From the NCBI RefSeq assembly GCF_009914755.1, contig NC_060941.1: a stretch of 64,000 nucleotides of DNA; one strand, written 5' to 3'. Below are positions 12,051 to 25,001 of this stretch, in pieces. The notes beneath the pieces were generated by a model. That model was not told the DNA's origin. It made no database searches and saw only the letters and a list, made by a program, of their open reading frames with translations. Source of the DNA: the human T2T-CHM13v2.0 reference genome, Homo sapiens. Made by a program: the position numbers and the translations under genes. The first letter of the stretch is position 1, and every line of letters begins with the position of its first letter.

Positions 12051-12742
12051 TCAAAATGTACTCTTTGGGTCTAGACAGGACATGTTTGTTGCCTTGATCT
12101 CTTCATAGAATGGGTAACATAACAGCAGCGAGCATTCCTGAAGTTCTCTGAACTAGACTGAAATCTGCAAAGCTTGTCCCCTCAATGAGGGACCCAGAGC
12201 AAGTGGTTCAAGAGGACTAAGAGAGAACCAGTTTTTAGTGCAAGGCCCCAGCTTCTCAAATCTTGGTTTTTGAGTTAAAAATCACATACTCATACTTATG
12301 AAAATCAAAGCACAAAGAATGGAAAATGAAAAGTGGAGATCCTCATTTCTTAAAAGTTATGGTTGCCAGGGAAATCACATTTAATAGATTGGGATATATC
12401 ACACACATCAAATGTCCTTCTTATGTTTATGTAAATATATATAGCTTTTACCAAAGCAAAATATTATTATATGTACAGTTATATAATAAATATGTGGTAA
12501 TATAGATATTGGTATAGAGATACACATATGGAATGTATATTCTATATACATAGTTTTACATTAATATCTTAGATACCTTTCATTTCACTATGTATATCCA
12601 CTTCATTCTTTTCAGTAATTTTGTGTTTATTATGTGGTTATACCACGATGGTTTAAACTATTCATCTTTTAAAGAATTTATTTCTATTGGTTGTTTTACA
12701 AACAGAGCTGCAAACAACAGCAATGTGCCAACACTTTGTGTC

Positions 12743-13032
12743 TTTTTTTTTGAGACAGTGTCTCACTCTGCCACCCAGGCTGGAGTGCGGTGGTGCCATC
12801 TCGGCTTACTGAAACCTCTGCCTCCTGGGTTCAAGCAGTTCTTCTGCCTCAGCCTCCCAAGTAGCTGAGATTACAGGCGCCTTCCACCATGCCCGGCTAA
12901 TTTTTGTATTTTAGTAGAGATGAGGTTTCACCGTGTTGGCCAGTCTGGTCTCCAACTCCTGACCTCAAGCTATCCACCTGCCTTGGCCTCCCAAAGAGCA
13001 GGGATTATAGGAGTGAACCACTGCACCTGGCC
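12743..13032 (-). mobile_element. AluS
   Basis: Full Alu, antisense. Confidence 0.95.
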
Positions 13033-13744
13033 CTCCTTTGTTTCTTTAGATAGTGTTTCTTGAAATAGATTCCTAGAAATAAGATTGAAGAGTATGTAAA
13101 TTTTAAATTTTTCTACAGACTGTGTAATTTCTCTTCAAAAATGCCGATTATCAAAATGTCACTTTTTGATACTAAAAAATAGATTGTTTTAAACACACAA
13201 AGTAAGTAGGGCTTATCAAAAAGTTAATATATTTTGCATTTCTCACAAGTATGTTGAATTTCTCCCACTTGCATTTTACAGCAGGAATCCTGACTCAGTC
13301 TAACTTTCTTATACTTAAAAACATAACAGGCCAGAAGTTAGCACACATTTTCTATAGAAGGCCAGATAGTAAATACTGGTGTCTTTGTGGGTTATATCAT
13401 TTCTGTTAGAACAATGTGACTCCACCTTTGTCTTGGGAAAGCTGCAATAGATAATATGTAAAAGGGCAGGAGTGGCTGTGTTTCAACCAAACTTTATTTA
13501 CAAAACAGGGTCATGCTAGATTTGTTCTGAGGACCATAGTTTCTTAACCTCAATCTAGGCAATCCGTCAAATAATTCTGCATTCACAATAGAAGTCTTGT
13601 TGTATATATTGGCTGACTGTCTTTCCTTTCTCTAATGTTAACCACTGATTTTGTGGAGCATGGATTCTAGGGAAATAATACCCAGGTAAGATGTCTATTA
13701 CCATGTGTGTCTTATTTTTAAAAGAGTGGTTAAATTCTTATTGA

Positions 13745-14267
<523 letters not shown>

Positions 14268-14609
14268 TTAACCCTCTGAGCCAACATTTCCTCTTCTATC
14301 AAATGGGAATATTAATAATACTTAGCCCTTGGAGACATTGTTAGAATTTGAAGGACAATGAATAATTTTTAAGAGAGCTTGACCCATGAGAAAAATAAAC
14401 TTAAATGCATGAATATATATATCAAGCATGAATTTACCTAGTGCATATGCATTATACACTGGGTGCATAATATTTTATAAAATAATCCTTGTTTTATAAA
14501 GTAGTGTTTCATTATTTGGGGAGAGGCATTACCGTCATTTCCTTTCTGTTGACTTCCCCTCTTCAGAGTTTTCTACTCTTCCCCTCCCATCCCACCACCT
14601 TGCTTTGTC

Positions 14610-16860
14610 ACAAAACAAAGCCAATAGGATCACCAACAGTTTAAGACTGGTTTACTCAAAACAAATTCATTATTTTACATAGCTGAACATAGAAATGGTA
14701 AATAATGTTCTATAAATATTTGTTGGTTGACAGCTTTGGAACAATGTCCTCTAGAAAAAGCTGAACGTAGCCACCCACCTTGTATGAGAGCCACAAAGAA
14801 TAGCCATGTGCCTGAATATGTGTCAGCCGCTGTGTGACTGGAGGGGCTGAGGAAGGGGCGTAGAGGGTGTTGTGAGGTCCCTTCTGACAAGCAGTCAAGA
14901 ACGCATAGAAATACATTACAAAAATTAAATAGTCTAGATAAGTTGAAATGCATGTTAAGAAGAGTCCCAGAGTGTGGTTGCTTGGGTAGGGGTAGGTTCA
15001 GGAATTGAAGGGACGTCCCTAGGGCCTGGGTCCCTGCTTCCTAATCTGCCACAAACGTAACAGTGTCTTGTTGCTTCCAGGTCACTCAGGGATTTGACTC
15101 TGAGATCAATGATGCACTTGGCACCAGAACTTGGTGGGGTTGGCACAGACATGCCAGCCTCAGCCACTTTCATTCTGGAAGCTGTTAAAAGAGACAGTTA
15201 TAAAAATTGAGGAATCAGCAAGGGAATTCCTGGTCCCATGCTGCCTTCCCATCTCTGTCTTGGCAAGCATAGGGCCTATCCACTTGTTCAAGATTCTTTG
15301 CCCAACCTCAGCTCCCTAGACTTTACCTCAGTGGCTCAGGCGGTCTCCTCAGGCAGCCTCCTCCTGCTAACACTTCCTCCTCTCTTCCCTCTGCCAGGGG
15401 CAGCTCTTCCCTGGTTCCCTGCAGACCCCAGGTCAGGCCAGAAAACACCTCTATGGCCCTTCCCTGTGTCCCACCACCAGATAGGACCTCAAAGGCCTGG
15501 GGTCCCCAGGATGGCCCTCAAACCGACTGGTGCCCTTGCAGGCTGCCACCCTCCAAGTCCTGCTTCTCTCCAGAGATGGGCAGAAGCACCAGCCCTCGCC
15601 TGGCACCAGCAGTGAGTCTCATAATTGCCATTTACCATTTTGCTAGGGGGCTTCTGGGGATCCTAGGAAAAGCAGCAGATGCCTGGGTGCTTGGGGACCT
15701 GGGCATTCTGAGGGAAGGAGCAGCGTGACCCTGAGTCATTTTTCACTGGGGACAAGTGAGCCAACTCCTTCTACCCAGTGATAAAATCAGAAGGAAGTAG
15801 ATGGAGACAGCACTGTTCAGGGGATGATTTGGGGATGAGAAGAACTGGCAGGAAGTTGGAGATTTGGGGGTGAGAAGAACCAGCAGGAAGTTGGGGATTT
15901 CTTGTTTCCCCACTTTTCCCTTCCATTTCTGTTTGAGCCTTAGGTTTGGCCTCCATCTCCCTCTGTAGAAATTGCAGCTAGTTAGATAGTCTGCCTCTTA
16001 TTCCAGCTCTACTGGGGGAACATAATATGGTCTAAGAAGAAATTTTTCCAGCAAGAGGCCATCTCTGCAAATCACCTGTGAGGCAGACCTGTGGCAATTT
16101 TATGACTCAGCTGGCCACCAGGAAGCGATTGTAGCTGGGTTCTGCCCCTTATTGAAACCTACTCAATGTTCTCCTTCACTAAGTAGGACAAGACCGTACC
16201 CTGCCTTTAAGGTTTATAGAATAGAAAGTGAAAACACTTTGGGGAAGAAAATCTTCCTGAACAGATAGCCCAGGGCATTTTGAAAATCCCTTAGGAAGTT
16301 CTCTGTTTCACTTGGGTACCTCTGTCCTTGGACTTTGGCGATGTGGTTTGACCCCAGCCAGAGAGTGCAGGGAACAACAGCAAAAGGCAGGACAAAGACT
16401 GACTCGTGAGAGGAGGCCCAGGAACAGGGGGGCATCGTGAGAGAGGAGGACGTGAGGGCCCAAGAGTGTGAGCAGAAGAGGATAGGACTTGGGCACTCAG
16501 TCACCAGCTGTGGGGTCTGAGCTGTGTCCCCTTCTCTAAAGAGGTAAGCCCTGAGTCATGGGAAGATGGAAACCGGGGCTCATGAGACAGGATGTTTTTT
16601 AAGCACCGTGGTGTCTTGTTGACTTGCACATGCAAGGGGGTCTTGGGTAACCACAGGGCTCAGGGTATTTGCAGGAACAGTTCAAGTGCTCACTTGTCTT
16701 GGGGCTGTTTGTGGGGAAGTGGTTTCCACAGCAACAGGAGGTGAGATATTGGTGTTACCCCAGACCACACTTAGCTACTTCCTTCTCACTAAAGCTCTGT
16801 AGTCATATTTTCCCTGGCAGAGCAGAAACTTCTCTGTTATCCCACAGCTGTTCTAACGGT
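14610..16860 (-). pseudogene. Degenerate CCL3-like CC-chemokine pseudogene (promoter, 3 exons, 3'UTR)
   Basis: Exon 1 relic ~16406-16500 (VLL/fs/LTMPPCSWASS; ATG region deleted; donor GT lost). Exon 2 at 15600-15707 reads HPGICCFS*DPQKPPSKMVNGNYETHCWCQ, with CC-x22-C spacing identical to CCL3. Exon 3 at 15086-15181 reads FQNESG*GWHVCANPTKFW/fs/AKCIIDLRVKS. The 3'UTR has GTTAAGAAGAGTCCCAGAGTGTGG versus CCL3 GTTAAGAAGAGTCCCACAGTGTGG. Both cag acceptors are retained. Confidence 0.9.
15826..15900. repeat. 35-bp tandem duplication containing ETS cores
   Basis: GATTTGGGGATGAGAAGAACTGGCAGGAAGTTGGA / GATTTGGGGGTGAGAAGAACCAGCAGGAAGTTGGG. Confidence 0.9.
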
Positions 16861-19290
16861 GTAGACTTGACTTATGCAATGATGCCAGGAGTCCTGAGCA
16901 GCACAGCCCAACTTCAATCACACACAGATGGACAGAGCTGTATTAGCAAAGCCTGAGCTACTGAGCGATGAGAGTACAGCCAGGCTTTCAGACATCTGTT
17001 CATTCAAGAGAGATATGCGCTAAGCCAAGGACCTAAAGATGTGTTTAATATGGGTGCTAATATGCATAAGGAACCTTGAAATAAATGTTCTTAGCCTTTG
17101 GCCAAGAGGGTCCATGTCTAGGAATCTATTCTCCATAGAAATAAATTCAAATATGGAAAAAATGAACAATGCATAAGTGTATTTGGTCCCCAGCATATTT
17201 ATAGCAACTTAAAATTGGACCCAATTTAAATTGCCTATGATATGGAAATGGCTAAGAAAATTATGGGATCTTCCCTTGATTGGCTATTAGGCAGCCTTTA
17301 CAAACAATGCAGTGACATGAGAAATGCTTATGTTATGGTAAGCTTAAAAAACTCAAGATGCAAATCAGCTTATTTTAATCAGGAGCCACCTAGCATTTGG
17401 GATGTGGTCAATCCCACATAATGTATTTTTGTGGGTGCAGTTCCCAGGAAAGAGGAGGAATAAAAACGGCAAGTATGAAGTGTCTCCTTCGCTTGCAGTC
17501 TCCTTGTCTACCCCTTTGTCCATCCACTATGAAAGGACTCCCTTCTGTTCCTTAATATGGACAATTTCTATTGAGGACTCATTGTTCTAAGAATTGTCTC
17601 ATCTCCTCCTGCATCCTCAGTGCCCGATCTTTGGCTTCTATGAAGGAAGGTGGGTAGTGCTTATGGCAGGGCCAGTTCTACCTTTCTCAGTATGTTCTGG
17701 CGTGGGTATGTAGCCCCATTTTCTAGTGGTTACCTTGACATCATGAAGAGTTTATGTCTCTTTTGCCCTAGATTTGGGCAATAGTCATTCATTGGGCAAC
17801 TGGAAATAACACAAGTCAGCATCTCATTAAAAATAAAGTCATTCAGGAAAGTGGACGACTAATAGTTTCTAATCTAGAGAGCATAGGAGAAGAAATGTTT
17901 ACCACACACAAAGTATTAGTGCCTTTTATATCATCAAGACAAAAATAACAGGAAAAAGACAAACACATTATAGTGAAAACTTGTTTTTCCTGACCAGCAT
18001 CTATTCTGCATGTTCCCTGATGCCAGAAACTCACATTTCTTCAGGGCAAACCCCCTTCCCCACCATTCTCAGGCTTTAAGTTTATGTAAAATTCAGTAAA
18101 CCCAAAGATTCAAGTTATGTGCCTTGATTAACTTAAGCAAATCAATGAAACCCATCCCCATAACCACAGCGACTGGTTAGGAATTCGGTTCCTAAGTCAG
18201 TCAAATCCAAAAGGGCCTAGTGATGTTTTTTCCAATGGGAACACAGACTCACTCTTCCCTGCAGAAAATGAACAAGGATTCATGTACACTGGCAGGTACT
18301 GGCAGCCACCCAGGGCCTCTCACAGGAAAGGGAGATCAGAAAGAGAAGCAAAGAGGACTCATGAGATACCACAGGGCCGCTGAGTCCAGCCTTGCCTGGA
18401 GCTAGGGCCACCTCGATGCCCTATAGTCTTGGAGCCACAAGGTGCATTTACTCAAAGCCTCTTTGAGTTTGGTTTGCTTGTTTGCTTTCTGCCTGGAAAC
18501 TGCCAGCATCCTGAGAGATACGAGATCTGCATCTGTGCAGAGACACAGGGTTTGTTAAAAGTCACAGGCCCTGACTGAAGTGTGGAACTGGCTGAAATGA
18601 GAAAGTAGGAGGTAATTTGGTGAGGACCTTGTGAAATGGAAGTGAGTTTTAAACCTTACATGCATCAGAATTACCTGGAGCCTTGTGAAAACACAGGTTG
18701 CTGGGCCCTAGTCTATTAAGAAAGGAAGTGGGGCTCAGAATATGCATTTCTCCCAAGTTCCCAGGTGATATTCACCATGCTGTCCTGTCTGGGCACTACC
18801 TTTTGCCATACCCATTACAAGGTATTGCACGTGCTGGTTGAACTATGGTCTGTCTTATTTTGGTGCTAAAAGCCTGTGCCAAATACCAAGGCTGCAGCAT
18901 TAAGGAATTTGTTAGAAAAGATTCTGAATATTGGAATTTAGTTGCTGTGTATTATATCAGTAAGGTCCTTTAAGAAAGAGTTTAGGCTACTTTGAAATGG
19001 GCTCATCTGAAATTGAAAAAGAAGAAATGCGACTTGCTAAAAAGGCCCTTCCAGCCTGTTGACTGAGAATCCAGTAATCTGAAGACTGAAAGGGCTGTAA
19101 ATGCAGGATTTTCTACTCTAAGATAAAGTTAGCATGAGCAGAGACAGGAAGATGAGAGACATAATGAGGCCAAGCGTCAAATATTCATCACCTCCACATG
19201 GGCCAAGATGCAGGCAGAGGTCTCTCACCAGGGGCTGGGAGGTCGGGGTGACAATGGTAGTGCAGTCTGTGCTAGAAAGTGCACATCCCC

Positions 19291-19719
<429 letters not shown>

Positions 19720-20161
19720 TCACATTGCCAAAGAAACCATAAGACTGGTTCCAAAAAGTTGCTGATTGCACAATACCTAAGGCAACCTCAGGCTAACTCA
19801 CACAGACAGGAAGTCAGCAGCCTCCAGAAAGCAGATCCTCCACATTGCACATCTCAGATTGTCCATAGAGGACATTCTCCCAGGGAGGAGAGCTAGGGAC
19901 TGCCAGATCAGCTGAACTGCTTAAAAATGCAGTACCCATTCTCCAGTTCCCTATCAGGGGTCTTTGTTCAACTTACTGTTTTTTCATAACACTTGTATTT
20001 AGGGAATGTTGGGCATGATTAAACTTCGTTTAGCTTTGGGTTTCTAGACCTTGAGAAACAATTCAGTGCAGGCAAATATTGTATGCCCCTATATTTTTTC
20101 CTGAAAGCCAATAAAGAAGGAATGATGACACCTTCACTGCGTCTATGGGGACAAAAGCTGC

Positions 20162-20162
<1 letters not shown>

Positions 20163-20227
<65 letters not shown>
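20163..20227. repeat. (TG)n(AG)n compound microsatellite
   Basis: Seen directly. Confidence 0.95.
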
Positions 20228-20228
<1 letters not shown>

Positions 20229-22162
20229 ACAGCCTTGTCAAAAAGACGTGTTTGTTGCTGTACCCTCATTATATGAAAGCCATCATGGCATCAAAACAGT
20301 ATAAGCCAGGTTGAGCTCTATCCTCTCTGCATCAACTCAGAATCCCTACCAGAAAGTGGTTGTGATGGATGGAATATCACCCATCAAAGAATAGGGTAAG
20401 ATGAGACCAGAGAGGTAAGCTATGCAAGCTAATCAGAAAATAACTCAAAGTTTTAAAAGTGCAGAATATAAAAAGGAAAAACCCTCATTCCTAAAAAAAA
20501 AAAAAGCCTCATTTCCTCAAAGAAATCAGTTAGCTATTTGATGTGTATCTTTCCAAATATTTGCCTATGTAAATATATATGTATATATGGCATTTAAAAA
20601 TAAAACAAAATAATATACTTTACAGATAGTTCCATAGCATATGTAGAGAATATATATGCATATACTGAATGTAATTAGGTCTGCCTTTTACATATAATAT
20701 TATGGACACTTTCCACAGTTATAGATGTGTGCTACTTTTTTTTTACTGACTTCAGAATATTCCACTGATGGACATCTTAATCCTCTACTGATTAATCCCC
20801 TACTGATGACTGTTTGCATTTCTTTGCTGTTTGCCAACCACACTGCAAAGAATATCCTCATGTCTACATATCTTATCTTTTGGCAGTGTTTCTATGAAGC
20901 AGATTCCTAGAAATGGGATCAGGTCAAATGGGATGTAGTTCACATAGTATATGCATTTTAATATTTGCTAAGTAGTAGTGTTTATGCTTTAAAGAGTTGG
21001 AACACTACAATTCTAAACATGTTTGGACACAAAAAATAGATTATTTGAAACAAAATGAAATAAGCATAGCTCGTAAAAATTAACACGTTTGGTTTTCACA
21101 CAAATATTTTGAATTTCTCTTTCTTCTGCAAAAAGGACCCTAGCTTAGTATGGATTTCTTGTACAGATAATGCAAACAATCCATCTATTAAATAACTTAC
21201 CTTTCACAGTAAACCTATAGACAGCATCCTGCTCCACACAGAAGCTGATTGTCTTTTCCTTCTCTAACATTAGCTATTTATTTTGTAGAGTGTAGATTCT
21301 AGAGAAATAATGTATAATACACCTGTTGCCATATGCAGAGACTTACCACATTTAGAAAACAGTGGTGAATTCTATTGACAGTGGCTCTCAGTCATTAACA
21401 TGCTATGGAACACCTCATGAGCTTGATAAAAATATCAGTTCCCAGGTCTACACTTAAAGATCCTATTTAAGTGGCTTCAACAATCACTGCTCAAACACTC
21501 TATGTCAACTCAGAATCCTGACAGGAAGTGGTTGCAATGGATAAAGTATCATCTGTTAAAGAATGGGGTAAGATTTGAGTATAGGCGGGTCATACTTTGG
21601 GAAATAACTTGGTCAATGGTTAACAGCATAGTCTGTAGTTCAATAAAAGTCCAGTTTTGGAACACAATTGACCGTTTACGTGCTGTGTAACCTCAGCCAA
21701 GTTGTCTAACCTTTCTGAGCCCTGGGTTACTTTTCTGTCAAGTGGAGGTATTAATAGTACCTAAGCTGTACTATTGCATTGGTAAGATTAAATGAGCAAT
21801 GTATAAAAAGCACTCAGTAGGAGGAGTAAGCCTCAACAATGTAAATAATTGCTATTAAGAGCTTGATTCATCATGAATATGCCCTACAGAATACTCTGCT
21901 TAATGGTGGCCATTCGAGTAGTGAATTCTCCTAGAGCATGCATGTTATGATTTGAGTTATAACATATTCGTAGTTTCAATGTTCCAGAACTGTGTCTCCG
22001 TTGTAAAGTGGATAACTCTGTGGTAGCCCTCCCCATCTCTCCCAATTTCCCTCCATTTCACCTCTTCCTAATCTTTGCCTATGATTCCTCTTAACCAGTG
22101 ATTTTGATTTGCCAGAAAAACAAAACCAAACTCAATACTGGTTTACCTTTTAAAAGAGCATC

Positions 22163-22168
22163 TTTATT
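22163..22168 (-). terminator. CCL3 poly(A) signal AATAAA
   Basis: TTTATT on +, about 390 nt after the CCL3 stop. Confidence 0.9.
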
Positions 22169-22359
22169 ATTTCCCCAGGCCGATCACAGCCCTGAACAAA
22201 AGCATCCGATACACATTTGTCAGTCTGGTGGCTTTGGTGCCATGACTGCCTACACAGGCTGATGACAGCCACTCGGTTGTCACCAGACGCGGTGTGAGGG
22301 AAGGGGGAGGGGACAGGGGAACTCTCAGAGCAAACAATCACAAACACACTGTGAAATCG

Positions 22360-22410
22360 AAAATAAATTACAAAAACTAAATAGTATAAATAAATTAAAA
22401 TTTAAGTTAA
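22360..22410 (-). promoter_or_regulatory. AU-rich element cluster in CCL3 3'UTR
   Basis: Several ATTTA pentamers on the - strand (TAAAT on +). Confidence 0.8.
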
Positions 22411-22557
22411 GAAGAGTCCCACAGTGTGGCTGTTTGGCAACAACCAGTCCATAGAAGAGGTAGCTGTGGAGGTCACACGCATGTTCCCAAGGCTCAGGCT
22501 CCTGCTCCTCCCCACTGGGCCCACCGAGGTCGCTGGGCCTCGAAGCTTCTGGACCCC

Positions 22558-22648
22558 TCAGGCACTCAGCTCCAGGTCGCTGACATATTTCTGGACCCAC
22601 TCCTCACTGGGGTCAGCACAGACCTGCCGGCTTCGCTTGGTTAGGAAG
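22558..22648 (-). CDS. CCL3: C-C motif chemokine 3 (MIP-1alpha/LD78alpha), exon 3
   Basis: cag|C TTC CTA ACC AAG CGA AGC...; [29 protein letters not shown]. Confidence 0.98.
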
Positions 22649-23068
22649 CTGTGGAGAAGGGAGGAAGAGTTAAGCACTGGGGAATCCAGCAGGGGAATCC
22701 TGGGCCCACCATGGCCCCACCATTCTGCTCTCTGTCCTGGGCAGCTCAGGGCTTGCTCCTCTTTCAGGGGCCCCCTGCCTATCTCTGTCTAGAGAGCTTC
22801 TCTCAGTGACTCAGTAGGGGTGGCCCTCAGAGTGTCCCGCTGCCTCCTTCTTCCTGTCCCTTTCCTCTGGGCTGGGGCAGCCCTTCCTGACTCTGTAACA
22901 CATGCCTCACTCCAGCTCCAAGTCAGGTCACACCTCGGAGCCCTGCGTCCTGTATCCCCGATAGGCTCCTGAAGGCTGGGCCTTTCCAGGATAGCCTTCT
23001 GGCCTGTCTCTGCCCCAACCCTGACCCTCCCTACCTCCATAGAGGTGAGCAGGAAGACTGGCACTTAC

Positions 23069-23183
23069 ATGACACCGGGCTTGGAGCACTGGCTGCTCGT
23101 CTCAAAGTAGTCAGCTATGAAATTCTGTGGAATCTGCCGGGAGGTGTAGCTGAAGCAGCAGGCGGTCGGCGTGTCAGCAGCAA
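23069..23183 (-). CDS. CCL3: CCL3 exon 2
   Basis: (L)[38 protein letters not shown]; cag| acceptor and |gtaagt donor. Confidence 0.98.
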
Positions 23184-23871
23184 CTGTGGAGAAAGGAAGA
23201 GAATGAGCCCGAGTCACAGCTCAGAAGAAAAGGCCAGGCAGCTTCTGATCCCCGAGCAGTTGAGGAAGGCAGGCTTGCTCAGACCAAGTGACTGGAAGGC
23301 ATTTGGGCATTTTTGCTGAGAAATGTCTCTTTGTTTCTGTCTGTATCCTTCTTTCTCCTTGACTCTTCATAGTGGGTTCTCTGTTTCTCTGTGTGATCCA
23401 GATACCTGAACGGACTGTTCTCTTATCTCAGTTCTCTTCAGGGAATTTTGTCTGGTTCAAGAAGTCATACCCCAACCCAAGAGAAGCCTTGGACATCTCT
23501 CATAAGACATCCAAGGGACAGAGCTCCTGGGAGACCTAGAGTGAGCTGGAGAGTGAACAACATACCCCACTGGGAAGTAAGCAGCCCTGGATTCTGCCTC
23601 TTGCTAACTGATTCGTTTCGAACCCTGTTTTTCTATCTGTAAAAGGGACTGTAACTCCCCTGCCCCTGCCTAGATTCTCATACCTGGAGACTAGGGGGCT
23701 AAGACCCCTTCTAGAGATAAAAATAAAAGTCTTAAAGAGAAAGACCAAGATGTTTGGCAGCCCTTTAAGAAGTTCTCTTTTCTCTTGGGGGCTTTTAGGC
23801 CACAAGAAAAGATTGATGTGGTCTAACCATGGCCAGAGAGTGGTGATACCCACAACGAAACTCAGACTCAC

Positions 23872-23944
23872 GTGATGCAGAGAACTGGTTGCAGAGAGCC
23901 ATGGTGCAGAGGAGGACAGCAAGGGCAGCAGTGGAGACCTGCAT
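23872..23944 (-). CDS. CCL3: CCL3 exon 1 (signal peptide)
   Basis: MQVSTAALAVLLCTMALCNQFSAS|gtgagt; exons total 73+115+91=279 nt (92 aa). FSASL, KPG and KRS identify CCL3 rather than CCL3L1. Confidence 0.98.
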
Positions 23945-24052
23945 GATTCTGAGCAGGTGACGGAATGTGGGCTCGAGTGTCAGCAGAGCCAAGAAAGGAC
24001 TGACCACTGTCTGCTGCCCGTGTCCTTCTGAAGTCTGAAACCAGCTCTCCTC

Positions 24053-24170
24053 TTTATAGGCAGCCCTGGCGGATGGGGAAATGGAATCTGGGGGTGAGGA
24101 GGGAAATTTTTAAGCGTAGTGATGCTGTCATGCTAAGTTGCACAACTCAGGGTCCCTGGTGACCACAGGG
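24053..24170 (-). promoter_or_regulatory. CCL3 proximal promoter: TATA (24053-24058), kB-like GGGAAATTTT (24101-24110), C/EBP TTGCACAA (24138-24145), RUNX ACCACA (24162-24167)
   Basis: Motifs read directly upstream of exon 1. Confidence 0.8.
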
Positions 24171-24917
24171 GCTCAGGATATCCAAGAATAGCATCTTTGA
24201 GCTATTCTCTAACTCTCAGCTCTCAACTCATGACTTGTTATAGTTTCATAGGGAAATGGTTTCTCCTGTGAGTGTGAAGAGGGGTATATGTCAACCCAAG
24301 GCTATTCTTAGTCAGTCCCTTCTCATAAGAACTGGTCTGTGCATGAACTCTCCAGCCCCATTCCTTCCCACAGAGCTGCAATTCTGCTTCCTCAGCTGCT
24401 ATAACCACAGGGATAGGGTTGATGGGCTGATGCTGTGGAGGGCTGCACAACCCTTCCTCCTCCCAGAGGCAAAGAACTGAATGAAAGCTGGAGGAATAGA
24501 AAGCATGAGGTCATGTTTCAGTCATTTGTCTATTTATTAGTCATGTAGTGACTAGGGCGCTGTGTTAAACGCTAGTTGTGGATCATAAAAATACTTTAGA
24601 GGTGGGTGTCAATATGTCAGGTGCCTAGAAATATCTGTAGCCATTAACCTAGAAAAAGCATTTCTAGGAAAGAGTTCTGTGGAAACAACCCAAATATGGA
24701 GCCATCTTCAAACATAAAGATACCTGACCCAGCATCGTTTATAACTCTAAAATAAACAAAGCTAAATTTTTCTCCATCAGGGAATGATAAATTATCCACT
24801 AGATCATTTATTATTAAGTCTCTAAAATGAATGAAGTGGCATAAATATGCTTATAACATCAGTGGTTAAAAAAAGCAAGATACGACATTATACAAATTCT
24901 ACAAAGTCTGAAGAATT

Positions 24918-25001
24918 GTACAAATATATATATATATTTGTACTATATATACATGTATTTGTACATATACACATATATATTTGTACAAATATATATATAT
25001 T
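24918..25001. repeat. (TA)6 and AT-rich palindromic repeats upstream of CCL3
   Basis: GTACAAATATATATATATATTTGTAC is a perfect palindrome; a second palindrome is ATATATATTTGTACAAATATATAT. Confidence 0.85.
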
